Source of the DNA: Squalus acanthias
Taxonomy: Eukaryota
Assembly: GCA_030390025.1 (NCBI GenBank)
Contig: CM059432.1
Coordinates: 30,196,001 to 30,260,000 of the forward strand
Length of the DNA stretch: 64,000 nucleotides
Direction of reading: 5' to 3'
Below, one piece after another: positions 38,820 through 51,042 of the stretch (position 1 is the first letter of the stretch; each line of letters starts with the position of its first letter). The notes beneath the pieces are model-generated. The model did no database searches. It saw nothing but the letters and a program-made list of their open reading frames with translations, and was not told the DNA's origin. Position numbers and translations under genes: made by a program.

Positions 38820-41800
38820 AGATACATACAGATGAGAAAGACCAAATGCCCATCCTGTTTATCCATCCAGAAAGACCCTATAGTCCTCCTCTATTTAGGA
38901 ATATAGGAACAGGAGTAGGCCATTCAGCCCCTTGAGCCTGTTATACCATTCAATGAGATCATGACTGATCTGTATCCCAACTACTGTACATTTCTCTAAG
39001 TACTCAGTCACTCTGTCCTTAGTTATAGATTCCAACAACTTCCCCACAACAGGTCTATAATTTCTTGGTTTCTCTCTACACCCTTCTTAAATAATGGAGT
39101 TACATTTGCAATTTTCTAATCTAAAAAGGAACAATTCTTGAATCGAGAGCGCTTTGGAAGATTATGGCTAAAGCATCTGAAATTTCCTTACCTATTTCCT
39201 TTAAAACTTTAAAATTATGAATGGATTGTACAGGGTAGACGTGGAGAGAATGTTTCCACTTGTGGGAGAATCCAAAACTAGGGTGGAAACCATCAGGTCC
39301 TGGGGATTTGTCAGTCTTCAGTGCCATTATTTTTCCCAATACTGTTTTCTTGCTTATGTTAACTTTAGTGAGTTCCAGTCCTTGATTCATTATTAGCTTC
39401 CCTGGAATGTCAGGTATATTATCCTCTTCTTCTATTGTGAAGACTGACACAAAATAATTATTCAACAAGTCTGCCATTTCCTTATTTTAAATTTATATTA
39501 TTACCCACATCTGTTTTTAAAGGGCCCCACATTACCCTTGACTACCCTTTTTCTTCTAATATAATTGTAAAAAAGTGTTAATCTTGAGATCCCCTGAAGA
39601 TTTTTTTTGCATTCCCTTTTTGCAGCTCTTACTATCTTTTTTGTCTTCCTTTGCTGTCTTTCCCAGTTCCTTGGATCTACACTTGGAGGAGACCTGATAG
39701 AGATCTTTAAAATTATGAATGGGTGGAGCTGGGTAGATGGAGAAAATGTTTCCACTTGTGGAAAAATCCAAAACTAGGGGCCATAGATACAAGATAGTTA
39801 CTAATAAATCCAATAGGGAAACAAGGAGAAATTTCTTTACTCAGCGAGTGGTTAGAATGTAGAACTCATTGTAGAAAGTGGTTGAGGCAAATAGCTTAGA
39901 TCAGCGGTTCCCAACCTTTTCCTTCATGCGGACCACCAGCTGTTTAAAAATTGCTTCTGCGGACCACCAGCCGTTTAAAAATTTTTTAACAGCCTATGGC
40001 TGACGGGAGTCAAACTTATATATTTTTTTTCACGGACCACCTGCAGTACCCTCGCGGACCACCAGTTGGGAAACGCTGGCTTAGATGCTTTCAAAAGGAA
40101 ACTAGACAAGTACATGAGAAAAAAGGAAATAGAAAGATATGCTGAAAGGCTGAGTTGAGGTAAATGGAATGGGAGGAGACTCGTGTGGTATATAAACACC
40201 AGCACAGACTATATGGCCGAATCGCCTGTTTTTGTGATGTATATTCTATGTAACTTCTTTACATCACTCCTAAATTTAACTATTACTACTTTGAATCCAT
40301 GGCCTTGTCCTGTTGTCATGGTTTAGTCTGAAGTAGTATTCTGGATCTAACTTTTCTATACTGTTTATTATCTTCTATATACACATCTTTAAGATAATCT
40401 CTCAACTGCCCCCTTTCAAGGCTGAAAAGCCCAAGATTCCGCAATCATTTCGCAGTACTCTGCTGGTAGCGATCAGTCTCTTATCTATTCTCTGTTCAGT
40501 CTCTCGGGACTTGAATACCTCCCTTGTTTCTCAGCGACAAGAAATGAACACAGTCTTTCTTCATATGTGCAGTACACTTGTCCATATTAAATTTCACCTG
40601 CTCTGATTTGCAACTCAGACATTTTGTCCAAGTCATTTTGTAGCTTCCAAGCTGCCTCCTCAGATTCAACTGTCCCTCATCTGCAAATATGACAAGTTTA
40701 TATTGAGTTTCTAAATCTAAATTAGAAATAATAAGAGTCCCAACAGTTATTCCTGGAGCACCCCACTCAGCACTTGTCCCAACCTGACCAGTGGCGGACC
40801 CGTTCAATTATTTTTGAGATCGGTCAACATGGCTTTGGAGGACTGCCTCCACTTCGCTCCCAGGAACCTGTCACCTGCCTTCAGCTTCCAGGTTCAGCCT
40901 GCAAGTATGCAGTTCCTGGCTCCGTCTTTCGGCTAGATATGTCGGCAGTTCCCAGCTCAGTCCCCCTCTTGCATAGTCAGCCAAATCTTGCATTCAATCC
41001 CCAGTCTGCCATAAATCCTAACCAAACTCCTCTAACAAGAGCCCACTGCTTCCTATCCAATCAATTGCTTTTCCATTCCCAGGTTTTATCCTGAAACTCC
41101 ACCACTTCAAACTTAAAAAATAGTCTTTTGTGCATGCTTTATAGAAGTCATGGTACACCAGAATTGTAGGGTTTTCCACGGTTCACTTGGGGCAGTCCTT
41201 CCTGAAAAAGGTTAAGGAGGTTGTCAGATAGAATCTGAATCCATCATGAGCATCATTGCACTTCAAAAATAATTCATTCTGTGGGGCGTTTTGGATGTGA
41301 GAAGATCTTATATAAATCTAAATATTATTATTATAGTTGTACCAAGGACAGGGAATAAAAGATTCAGTTTCTTGTACCACCATAATTTTCCTGGAAGTGT
41401 TTTGATACCTGTAACACTGTAACCTTGAGTTTTTTGAGGAAGTTACTAGGTTGGTGGATTTAAGTAGCCCAGTTGACATTGTGTACCTTGCTTTTCAAAA
41501 AGCCTTTGACAAGGTGTCATACAAACGGCCACTAAATACGGTTCAGTCCCATGGGATTAATGGGCAGATTCAATAAGGAACTGGTTACTGAATAAGGAAT
41601 TAGTTGCATTCTCATAGACAGAAGGTAATTATTAATAGTCGTGGTTCCGAGTAGGGAGGGGCCACGAGTGGAGTCCTGCATGGATTGGTGTTAGGGCCAC
41701 TGCTCTTCACCATTATCATCAGTGATATGGATGAAGGCATTAGCAAAACTGTCCACAAGGTCACGGATGATACAAAGATGTGTGCGGATGCAAGGCCTTT

Positions 41801-42725
41801 AGATGAGAAAAATAGATTGCAGGCAGATCTTGTTATGATGGAAGAATGGGCCCATATTTGGCAGACGTCTTTTTATACAGATAAATGTAGCGTTATTCAC
41901 TCAGGTAAAGCCAATGTCAAGCATGTGTACACCATGTAGGGTTACATGCTTTAAGACTGCTGAGTGGGAGAAAGTCCTCATTGTTAAAATGCATTAATCA
42001 TTGAGGGTCATAACCAGTGCAATGTGGCGTTTGAAAAAAGATAGAGTGTTAGGATATATTGCAAGATGATTAAATACAAAACAAGAAATACTATTGTGTC
42101 TCTGTACAAGGCCTTGGTCAGCCTCAATTAATATACAGTGTCCAGTTTTGGTCCCCTCACATGGTGGGCGATAGAGGCCCTGGAAAAGTTTCAGAGTATG
42201 GTGAATAGATCGATAACCATCTTAAAAGGCCCTCAGTTACCACAATAGATAGAGAAAGCTGGGGCTGTTTACTCTGGAAAAATGCAGAATCTCAGGAGAT
42301 TTGATTGAGGTCTTTAAAATAATGAAAGGATTAGACCAGGTCCATGTGAATAGGCTATTTGAGCTAGATACGTTAGGTAAGAAAGGGGATATAAATATAA
42401 GTTATGTAAGCATAGAACTAGGTTAGATGTTAGGAGGTATTTTTTTCCAACCACAGAGAGTCATCGACCTCAGAAATAAGGTTCCGACATGTGCTGTGAC
42501 TGAATGCATTCAAAAGGGAGCTGGATGAGTTCCTGAGTGTGGCCAACATAACTGTATACAGAAGGTCGGTGGGTAGCAGAGTTGTTTTCTAAATTGGCCA
42601 AAAGACTTTTGGCTGTCCCATGAGACTGTGTGGCTGGGAGCGGCATGTGCAAGTCACACCACGAAAATACAGGCAGGTTTGATGGACCAGTGTGCCTTTT
42701 CCCTCCTTCGTTTTTATGTTTGTAG
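38820..42725. mobile_element. Cluster of CR1 fragments in both orientations (~38820-39690 -, 39690-40250 +, 40260-41250 -, 41420-42725 +)
   Basis: KSPGPDG, VLGPLLF, KVTDDTK motifs and several CR1 3' UTRs. Confidence 0.75.
39902..40078. mobile_element. hAT (Charlie-like) MITE
   Basis: TIR CAGCGGTTCCCAAC / GTTGGGAAACGCTG; exact 8-bp TSD GCTTAGAT; internal CGGACCACC repeats. Confidence 0.9.
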
Positions 42726-42867
42726 CCATCAAAATTACACAGTACAGAACAGGGATTTTATTAATATATAAAAGCACTCACACTTAAGACAATCAGGTCT
42801 GTGGGACAAGTCCTGTAATCTGTTCACTTTAGACAAATGGCAATTTTAGCCTAACGGCAATACTCAC

Positions 42868-42983
42868 CGAAATAGATTTTCAGCACCTGCTCGCATTCGC
42901 ATCTCCTTGTTAATCTGCTGGTTAATCCGGGCTCGGCGGTTTTGCAGCTTGCTCCGCTGAGTCTGTGCAAAGGGATCACAGCC
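42868..42983 (-). CDS. RHPN1: Rhophilin-1 coding exon 2, HR1 domain ([39 protein letters not shown])
   Basis: ttatag| acceptor, |GTGAGT donor, 116 nt; translation matches the rhophilin HR1 Rho-binding repeat from recall. Confidence 0.96.
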
Positions 42984-43024
42984 CTATAATCAAACAAATA
43001 AAGTGTGTATTTATAAGGTGCAAA

Positions 43025-43415
43025 CATTCATAGAATCGTACAGCACAGAAGGAGGCCATTCAGCCCATCGTGCCTGTGTTGGCTTTTTGAAAGAGCTATC
43101 CAATTAGTCCCATTCCCCTGCTCTTTCCCCATAGCCCTGCAAATTCTTCATTTTTAAGTATATATCCACTTCCCTTGTGAAAGTTACTAAAGAATCTGCT
43201 TCCACCACCCTTTCAGGCTTTGTATTCCAAATCATAACAACTCGCTGCGTAAAAAAAAAATTCTCCTCATCTCCCCACCCTGGTTCTTTTGCCAATTATC
43301 TTAAATTTGTGTCGTCTGGCTATCGACCCTTTTGTCAGTGGAAACAGTATCTCCCTATCTACTCTATGAAAACGCTTCATAATTTTGAACAGCTCTATTA
43401 AATCTCCCCTTATCC
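43025..43415 (-). mobile_element. CR1 3' fragment next to the exon 2 acceptor region
   Basis: FTQRVV.IWN motif and CATAGAATC tail. Confidence 0.85.
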
Positions 43416-43488
43416 TGCCTTGATATTAGCACGTGCTCAATAGTAATTCTGTCGCAACACTTTCAAAGATGCTTATGCTAAAGATAAT

Positions 43489-44343
43489 GGCCCAGAATCT
43501 GCGGTCCAGATGACGGCGAACTGGCAGCGTGTACTGGATTTGGATGATCAGCCATGATCATATTGAATGGTGGAGCAGGCTCGACGGGCCGAATGGCCTA
43601 CTCCTGCTCCTAGTTTCTATGTTTCCGCCTTTGAAACTGACCGCAACTTTGGGATTTGGCGCATGCGGAAATCCTGAAGTTGCAGTCAGTCATTGACAGC
43701 TCCAAAACGGGCTGCGCGGTGCCCGCATCCCCAACAGAGTAATTACACCCCCAATCTGTGTAATTACTCAAATCAGGGAAAATGATGAAAACTTCGGCTC
43801 TTCCGCAGTAATTGTGCTGTTAAATTCCCCAGTAAAAGTTAAACCCAAAGGGATCAGGTGTAACTGGGGTTTTAACAGCATATTGACTGCTAAATAAAGG
43901 TTATAGGCCTGAAAAACTCATTTTCATTTTGTGCAGAGTGAAATTTATCCATTTTAATAAAAATTCAAATTTTTAAGAAACTTAAAAAAATTTTAAATTT
44001 GTTTTAAAGTTTGTTCATCTTTATTTCAGGTTTGCCTTTTTCCCATGCGAGAGCCCCAATCTTTGTTTTGCTCGCTAACATTTTTAAAATGTTAGAATCT
44101 TGAGAGCTTACCCACTTCCTTGTTCGCTGTTTTGAGAATTCTGCATTTTGATTGGTTGCTGAGGCAGCTAGTTGATGTCACAGCAGCTCGCACTATGGAA
44201 TTCCCACTATACTCCACTGATTTGAATTGAACGTCAGAAAACCTGAACTTCTCATCACAGAGATCGCAAGATCTCTGGGCGAAGCTTACTTCGGGGCCAG
44301 CAGCAAACACTTTCGCTTTGGCACTGACCACAAATTGCGGGCC
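43489..44343. mobile_element. Harbinger-type MITE with a short CR1 tail inserted (43531-43625)
   Basis: TIR GGCCCAGAATCTGCGGTC / GACCACAAATTGCGGGCC; flanks AAT/ATT. Confidence 0.75.
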
Positions 44344-44455
44344 ATTAATTCCACTTTAAAAAACAGATTCACATAACAATATAACATATCTGATTATATA
44401 AACCGATAAACAGATAAAAACAGTAAACAGATAAAAATATTTTTCAAAAGCCTCT

Positions 44456-45080
44456 GGGCTAGAAATTCGGTGCATTTGCGCCTCCCGTTAGCGCCCCCAG
44501 GGGAGCGCAAACAACTCTTTGCCCAGGTGCAGCGCCGCTAACGACTCCCGTTAAATTCAGCGGGAGTTTAGCGGCGGTGGTAACCGGTAGCGCCCCGCTC
44601 CGCAGGCAATGACGGCATCACTGTGCGCAGCATCCCGTTTTCGCCCCGCCTGCAAAATTGGCCTGCGCCCCCTGAATCTGCGCCGGTCGATGACAGCGAC
44701 CGATTCAGGGAGCGGGAACGGAGTGGTAGGAGGCTCGCAGGGCAGTAAGTAAAGGGGAAGTGGCAGGCTGGGGGGGGGGGGGGGGAGAAATCGTCCAACT
44801 TACTTGTCGCGGCCCGTTGTGTCTTTCAACGCGGGGTCCGTGCCACGATCTGGCAGCCCAGCACTCCGCTCCCGTGGTCCAGGTAGGGTCCCGCAGTGTT
44901 GTGGGCTTGGGCCCTCCCCTTTAATGAGGGGGGAGCCCTTCCATGCGGCAGCGCTACATGGCCCAGTGCATAGCGCTGCAGAACGCACCGCCCCAATATT
45001 TGGGGTTATTGCTCTAAGAAGGAAGTGGAGAGTTTGAATTAGCGCTCCACCTCCCTCTTTGTCGCTAACAAATTTTTCCC
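44456..45080. mobile_element. Harbinger-type MITE
   Basis: GGGCTAGAAATT ... AATTTTTCCCC termini; related to 9310-9967. Confidence 0.7.
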
Positions 45081-45817
45081 CTTCTGTTCCTAGCAGCTGT
45101 TACTCCAGCCTTATTCTAATTTTAATAAAAATAGAACATGCCACTCAACATTTCCTACATACAAGATCCCAATTTCAGCAATAACATCAGGATAATGCAG
45201 AGTACAGGTACATAATATATCCACAGGAAGACGTAAAGGGAGGAGTGAAAATCCTACGGAAATCACCCCAGCACCATCCCCAGCTTCTCAGTGTAAGTAA
45301 CTCTGGCAGAAGTCTCAAAAGAGATAACCTATTAACTCCAGCTCAGCCACTGAAACAATACATGCTGATCTCGTGAAACTCTTAAAAGGTGGTGTTGGGC
45401 AGAGAAAAGCATGGCACATGTGGAATGCAACTCCCAATTCCTGAATCCACCGATTGCTTAATCTCAGCTGAGCTGCACAGGGAGGTTGAAGAAAGGCATC
45501 TCCCAGTGAGATCAGTTAGTCATTATAACTAGGCTGGTCACAGAGACTACAAGGATTCAAAACTGCTCATTGACCTCTACTAAATCTAGCAGCTGTCTAT
45601 CTCTTGTCACTTTTTCACTCTGGTCTCTTTAATTATCTATACTTTATCTTATCTTGGTAGACATTTGGCTTACCAAACATTGGATTGTATTACAGCCGTT
45701 AACTGCATCTGTAACATAGGAGGCCCAAGCACCGCAATTCCATGACCATGGGATTTAGTATGGACTTTCCCTGCCATTGACCCCTTGTTTTCTGTCCCCA
45801 ATTTTCCCTATTGTAAC

Positions 45818-46030
45818 TTTTTTTTTGTTCATTTTTGGGATGTGGGCCTCTCTGGTAAGGACGGCATTCATTGCCCATCCCTAGTTGCCATGCGGTGGTG
45901 GTGATGGGCCTTCTTCTTGAACCACTGCAGTTTGTATGGTGAAGGTGCTCCTACAATGCTGTTACGCAGGGAGTAGTGATTTGATACAACCAAGTTGCTT
46001 GCTAGGCCACTTCAGAGCGAAGTTAAGATT
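45818..46030 (-). mobile_element. Second internally deleted derivative of the tRNA-headed LINE
   Basis: 5'-region sequence ending GTTGTATCAAA fused to ~150 nt of LINE 3' end and poly(A); head itself not retained. Confidence 0.6.
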
Positions 46031-46318
46031 AAGGAACTGCAAATCAATGGGGACCAACATCATTCTAATTAAGAACACTCGGTCTTGGTATACCAAACAT
46101 TGGTTACCTACGATTAACAATTAGGGAATCAAGGGACATGGGGATAGTGCAGGAAAGTGGAGCGGAGGTAGACTAGCCATGATCTTATTGAATGGTTAGC
46201 AGGCTCGAGGGGCCGAATGGCCTACTCCTGCTCCTATTTCTTATGTTCTTATTAGCTGCCACTTAACAACTAGCTGCATCACCGAAGACCCAGCTGAAAC
46301 AACTAGGTACTGCTGTAA

Positions 46319-46520
46319 TAACAACAGAAAACGCTGGAAAAACTCAGCAGGCCAGGCAGCATCCGTGGAGAGAGAAAGAGAGTTAACGTTTCAGGTCGAT
46401 GAAAGGTCATCGACCTGAAACGTTAACTCTCTTTCTCTCTCCACGGATGCTGCCTGGCCTGCTGAGTTTTTCCAGCGTTTTCTGTTGTTATTTCGGATTT
46501 CCAGCATCCGCAGTATTTTG
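46319..46520 (+). mobile_element. Fold-back Penelope-derived element, family A
   Basis: ~85-bp perfect inverted arms around GATGAAAGGTCATC; 16-bp TSD CTAGGTACTGCTGTAA (46303-46318 / 46521-46536). Confidence 0.88.
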
Positions 46521-47600
46521 CTAGGTACTGCTGTAAGCAGCTCATGGATGCTCAGAGGCTAAGCAAATTAAACTGCTTTTGAACAGCTTAAAATTAATAC
46601 TTTTTCTCAACAAAAACAAAGTTTAGCACTGTTTTTGTACAGTATTTTAACTATTTACTAAAACCAAAGAGGTTTACAGAATAGAATAAGTCTATTCAGC
46701 CCACCGTGTCTGCGGTGGCCTTTGCTGAAGCAATCCAAAACTAATTCCATTGTTCCGTGCTCTCCCCATAGCCCTTTGTCTTCTACTGCTTCAAATACTC
46801 ATCCAATTTTCCCTTAAAAGATGCAATGGTGTGTGAATCAACAACAGCATGACAAAACATTCTGTGCGCCAACAAGTCTTTGCATAACAAAAGTTTTCCT
46901 AACCTCACACTGTATTTTTAATTGTAAATTTAATAATTTACAAACAAATGAAAAATTAATAAGTTTTTAAATAGAATCCTATGGATAAATTACATGAATC
47001 CTCAAAAGTAATTGTTATATTCAATAGGCAAAACTAACATACAGATCTATAATAATCAGTGAAACTTTACAATAATTCTACTGACAAGCAGACGGCCCAG
47101 AATTGCTAAATTCTGATACAGTTCTTGTCAGTAGAAATATGCAACTGTGCTGACATCGAGACTCAACACACTGCTTCCTACACTAATTTATTCTTTCCTC
47201 AGTTCTTAAAATTGTGTAACTCTTTTTTTTTCCATTTCTTCACTTCTCCCTGCAATGTGGTTATGTCATATCTTGGAAAATGGAGAATGGAGGTGTCTAT
47301 TATGAGCGTGTTCCTTATGGAGAAATTGCCACATAACCCAGAGAGCCTGCACTCATATGTATTTTTTTTTCAACTTGGAACAAGATCAAGTGGAACATAG
47401 CTGTTGGAATGGATATGGGCAATTGGGACTTATTTTTCCCATCCTACAGTCAGCTACAAAATAATGTCCCTTCAGCATATCACAGTAGTACAGATAATGC
47501 CTTTTGGGGTAGCGGTGGTGCAAGCTAGGCTTGGGATCTACATGGGTGAAACTTTTCCTGTACCCACTGCAGAATTTCCCCTGTATTTCTCGCCATAACT

Positions 47601-47917
47601 AATTTTCCTGTATTTTCTTCTGTATGCATCCATCTTTCTTTAAAAAAGACAGTATGTTATATATTCTGTAAGTTACAGACATCGAATGTTTATTACATTA
47701 TATATATTGTGTATGTTACAATCTCACTTTACTGTTTATTACAGTATTACATTATATATTCTTCCTGTTACTGTAATAAACAGTAAAGGGAGATTGTAAC
47801 ATACACAATATATATATAATGTAATAAACATTCAGTGTCTGTAATATACAGAATATATAATATACTGTCTTTTTTTTAAAGAAAGGTGAATGCATACAGA
47901 AGAAAATACAGGAATTT
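47601..47917. repeat. AT-rich imperfect palindrome (~145-bp arms)
   Basis: TTCCTGTATTTTCTTCTGTATGCAT... / ...ATGCATACAGAAGAAAATACAGGAA; core repeated at 47923-47975. Confidence 0.85.
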
Positions 47918-48429
47918 TACAAGTTTATTACAGTATTACATTATATATTCTTTCTGTTACTGTAATAAACAGTACAGGGAATGTATACAAAACATTTATA
48001 ACATACTGTAAACAGTAATGGGAGAGTGTATATTATAAATATTTTATACATTACACTCCCTCTGCACGTTCATTGAATTACCATGTACATTGGCTGTAAA
48101 GTACTTTGGGATGTGAAAGGCACTGTATAAATGCAAGTTCTTTCATTCTATGGTTCGGATGCTTTGATGTGCATCACAGACGTAGATGCAATTTTTTCAT
48201 TTTGGTAACAGTTTATTCAACCTGATCAAACTAATTTAATGTACAATATTTCTAGATTTGCATAATAGCGCAAGCCATGACATAGCTGCAATATGTAACA
48301 AGTCAATGAAAGAGTGACCATGGACAGTCTAAAACACAACACGAGGGTTCAGATGTAGAGGACAGTATAGCAGTTCAGACGATAGTTGACTGATTATGAT
48401 GTTTATTACAGTAATATACTGTATATTAC

Positions 48430-49390
48430 TGGTCAGGCCACACCTGGAATACTGCGTACAGTTTTGGTTTCCATATTTAAGACAAGATATACTTGCTCTA
48501 GAGGCAGTTCAGAGAAGGTTCACTCGGTTGATTCCGGAGATGAGGGGGTTGACTTATGAGGAAAGGTTGAGTAGGTTGGGCCTCTACTCATTGGAATACA
48601 GAAGAATGAGAGGCGATCTTATCGAAACATAGAAGATTGTGAGAGGGCTTGATCGGGTGGATGCGGGGAGGATGTTTCCACTGATGGGTGAGACGAGAAC
48701 TAGGGGGCATAATCTTAGAATAAGGGGCTGCCGTTTCAAAACTGAGATGAGGAGAAACTTCTTCACTCAGAGGGTAGTAAATCTATGGAATTTGCTACCT
48801 CAGAGAGCTGTGGAAGCTGCGACATTAAATAAATTTAAAACGGAGATAGACAGTTTCCTAGCTGATAAGGGAATTAAGGGTTATGGGGAGCGGGCAGGGA
48901 AGTGGACGTGAGTCTAGGTTCGGATCAGCCATGATCCTATTGAATGGCGGAGCAGGCTCGAAGGGTCGTATGGCCTACTCCTGCTCCTACTTCTTATGTA
49001 AAAATTCTTATGTAATATTCTACATACGAACATACAACATTGACAGGCAGGAAAGGACCAGCTGGTCCATCAAGCCTGCCCCACACCATGATGGCCAGAG
49101 CATCATGACTAAACATTTCCTCACTCCCTCTCCCACCACAGCTATGTAATCTCCTGGGAGAGGCAAAAGAATAGAAATCATAGAAATTTACAGCACAGAA
49201 GGAGGCCATTCAGTCAATCATGTCTGTGATGGCCGAAAAAGAGCTATCCAGCTAAATCACACTTTCCAGCACTTGGTCTGTAGCCCTGTAGGTTACAGCA
49301 CTTCAAATGCATATCCAAGTACTTTTTAAATGCGATGAGGGTTTCTGCCTCTACCACCCTTTCAGGCAGTGAGTTCCAGACCCCCACAGA
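48430..49390. mobile_element. CR1 3' fragments (48430-49010 +; 49020-49170 and 49175-49390 -)
   Basis: [13 protein letters not shown] motif; TTCTTATG and CATAGAA tails. Confidence 0.85.
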
Positions 49391-49409
49391 AACAGAGAAA
49401 AAATCAGTG

Positions 49410-50010
49410 CATGTTTTACTCTCCTTGTATGTTTATTACTGTGTTATAGTATATATTCAGTATGTTACTGTAATAAATAGAGGGAGAGTGCAACATACAG
49501 AATATATATTACAATACTGCAACAAGCAATACTGTGAGAGTGTATTATAGTAGATATTCTGTATGTCAGGCTCCCTGTATGTATGTTACACTATTGTAAC
49601 ATATAATTCTGTGTGTTGCACTCACCCTGTATTGGTTATGATTACATTATATTATATATCCTGAGATCCACTCTTCCTGTGTTGTTTATGACTACAGTAC
49701 ATATTCTGTATGTTCCACTCTCCTTGTATTGGTTATGATTACAGTATATATTCTATCTTACACTCACCCTGTATTATGATTACAGTATATATTCGGTGTT
49801 TCACTCTCCCTGTATTATGATTACAGTATATATTCGATGTTTCACTCTCCCTGTATTATGATTACAGTATATATTCAATATGTTCCACTCTCCTTGTATT
49901 GGTTATGATTACAGTATATATTCTGTGTTACACTCACCCTGTATTATGATTACAGTATATACACTCACCCTGTATTATTACAGTATATATTCTATGTTAC
50001 ACTCTCTTTA
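49410..50010. repeat. Minisatellite, 41-47 bp unit CACTCTCCCTGTATT(GGTT)ATGATTACAGTATATATTC..TGTT
   Basis: Units start at 49761, 49802 and 49843 (41-bp period) and degenerate outward. Confidence 0.85.
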
Positions 50011-50039
50011 TATCTATCACACGAGTCTCTATTCCAACC

Positions 50040-50640
50040 CCTACACGCGCTGCGCGCCGCCCCGCTGACAGGTGCCCGTCTCCCTGGAAACGCGGCCCGC
50101 CGCCCTATCCCCGCACTCAGTCGCCCAGCCTTACCTTGCGAACACTGCCATTCCCCCGCAGCTCACTTTCCACTCCGCTCTCCGTCATACCACTCCGTCC
50201 TGCCCCACTGAAGTAGAAATCCAACGAACCGGCCCGGCGGGAGATATAAACCTCCGACACCGCCCCCGGTAAACACTTCAGCCTCCCCCACACCCGGCTT
50301 TAAGCGCGATTTCTATCCGCCCTCGCAGCGCAGAGTGGCTCCGCACTCGGACTGTGCGCGAGACGGACAGTCCGATCCCCCGGATGTCCCCTGTCCCGCC
50401 CCCTCCCCGTCGCTAACTGTAGTGACAGACAGCCTCCAAAGCCAGTCCAACGTTCAGTTACCCTGAGCAACGCGCCAAATAGGAAGCCGACAACCAATCG
50501 GATGGAAGGATAGGCGGGGATTGCGGCGCTGTCAAGTTCGTTGAGGGAGGCGGGTCTTCACACTGAGACCCCGCCCACTGAGCCGAGGAGTGACATCATC
50601 GAGTAAAAGAATTAAAGGGGCCCTGTCGCCTGGGGAATCT
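50040..50640 (-). promoter_or_regulatory. RHPN1: CpG island / promoter and 5' UTR of RHPN1
   Basis: Non-repeat CpG-rich tract around exon 1; CCAAT at ~50495, GC-box-like GGCGGG/CCGCCC at ~50513, ~50549 and ~50571, TGACATCA at ~50591. Confidence 0.75.
50135..50188 (-). CDS. RHPN1: Rhophilin-1 coding exon 1 (MTESGVESELRGNGSVRK)
   Basis: ATG at 50188-50186 within a CpG island; 18 codons ending AAG|GTAAGG donor; phase 0 joins exon 2 to give the rhophilin 'RKGCDP' motif. Confidence 0.85.
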
Positions 50641-50722
50641 AAAAAGAAAGACTTGCATTTCTATAGCGCCTTTCACGACCACCGGACGTCTCAAAGCGCT
50701 TTACAGCCAATGAAGTACTTTT

Positions 50723-50828
50723 GAAACGTTAACTCTCTTTCTCTCTCCACGGATGTTGCCTGGCCTGCTGAGTTTTTCCAGCGTTTTCTGTTGTTATTTC
50801 TGATTTCCAGCATCCGCAGTATTTTGCT
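50723..50828 (+). mobile_element. Family A Penelope-derived monomer inserted in a minus-strand SINE tail
   Basis: Nearly identical to the right arm of 46319-46520; flanked by duplicated AAGTACTTTTGAA. Confidence 0.8.
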
Positions 50829-51042
50829 AAAGTACTTTTGAAGTGTAGTCACTGTTGTAATGTAGGAATAAGGGGATGGAATGGCTTTATTTTTAAACTA
50901 TACATTGTAAATATATAAGTATGAAATGATGCCGTCAAGCAGCAGGTCGTCTACAAGACAGCGCAGTGGTTATTGTGCTGCACCGGCAGCCCAGAGGTCA
51001 TGAGTTCCATGGTAAGTTGTGCAATTGAATTCAATAAATCTG

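Noticed and set aside
40785..41015. Possible small DNA element (CAGTGGCGGA...) inside a CR1
   Set aside because: Right TIR and TSD could not be confirmed.
49410..50010. CRISPR-like periodic repeats
   Set aside because: Head-to-tail units without unique spacers, no cas genes, vertebrate context; it is a minisatellite.
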